Of a stretch of DNA of 32,000 nt, positions 31,933-32,000 are shown piece by piece. Location: contig NZ_CP042911.1 of assembly GCF_008065095.1 (NCBI RefSeq), forward strand, positions 8,520,001-8,552,000, written 5' to 3'. Numbering within the stretch: the first letter of the stretch is position 1; each line of letters starts with the position of its first letter. The notes beneath the pieces were generated by a model that was not told the origin of the DNA, did not search any database, and worked only from the letters and a program-made list of their open reading frames with translations. The position numbers and the translations under genes were made by a program. This DNA comes from Gemmata obscuriglobus (GTDB lineage Bacteria; Planctomycetota; Planctomycetia; Gemmatales; Gemmataceae).

Positions 31933-32000
31933 CGAATCAATTGGTATTAATCAGCCGCACTTACCTCAACTTCGGAATGCAGCGGGTTGTGGGAGGCACG

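Noticed and set aside
1-32000. I scanned by eye for tRNA T-arm motifs (GGTTCGAATCC-like), rRNA, RNase P or tmRNA hallmarks, and CRISPR-like regularly spaced repeats.
   Set aside because: None was seen. This visual scan cannot exclude small structured RNAs; tRNAscan-SE or Infernal would be decisive.

Overview
This is a high-GC segment that looks like planctomycete (Gemmataceae-like) chromosome. That is an inference from signature families: a DUF1559 H-X9-DG pseudopilin-like protein, two PSCyt/DUF1549/DUF1553 + DUF1501 gene pairs, an ECF sigma factor fused to a beta-propeller, a sortilin/BNR protein and a giant ThuA-dehydrogenase-HEAT-cytochrome c protein. All calls come from reading the supplied translations and DNA; no database search was run.

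Layout:
- 2-904: 5'-truncated coiled-coil/TPR-like protein.
- 1046-2902 (-): ECF sigma fusion.
- ~3100-7690: a decayed accessory islet. It holds an IS3 fragment, an IS701-like short transposase, gene stubs, AT-rich patches, an orphan lipoprotein and a remarkable Cys/Met-rich ORF.
- 7692-13232 (+): DUF1559, lipoprotein, PSCyt/PSD1 and DUF1501 genes.
- 13365-14048 (-): NfeD-like OB-fold/Gly-rich membrane protein.
- ~14180-14450 (-): frameshifted paralog remnant.
- 14594-18181 (+): sortilin-like protein with PDZ inserts.
- 18312-19049 (-): yebC.
- 19214-19975 (+): conserved hypothetical.
- 20253-30942 (-): ROK regulator, giant ThuA/cytochrome protein, then PSCyt/PSD1, vapB-like, vapC and DUF1501.
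- 31281-31490 (-): csrA.

No rRNA, tRNA or CRISPR array was recognised.

The best candidate for something undescribed is the 153-aa ORF at 5348-5809 (-). By my count it has 29 Cys and 31 Met, and no His, Phe, Tyr or Trp. It has a Met-only N-terminal tract followed by CC/CCC/CxC/CxxC clusters, so it looks like an oversized methionine-rich metallothionein-like or sulfur-rich protein. It has its own RBS and terminator and sits among IS debris.

Secondary observations:
- A vapBC-like module wedged into the intercistronic junction of a PSD1-DUF1501 operon.
- Very long near-perfect palindromes at convergent gene junctions.
- A heptamer microsatellite in the other PSD1-DUF1501 spacer.
- A multiply frameshifted paralog remnant.
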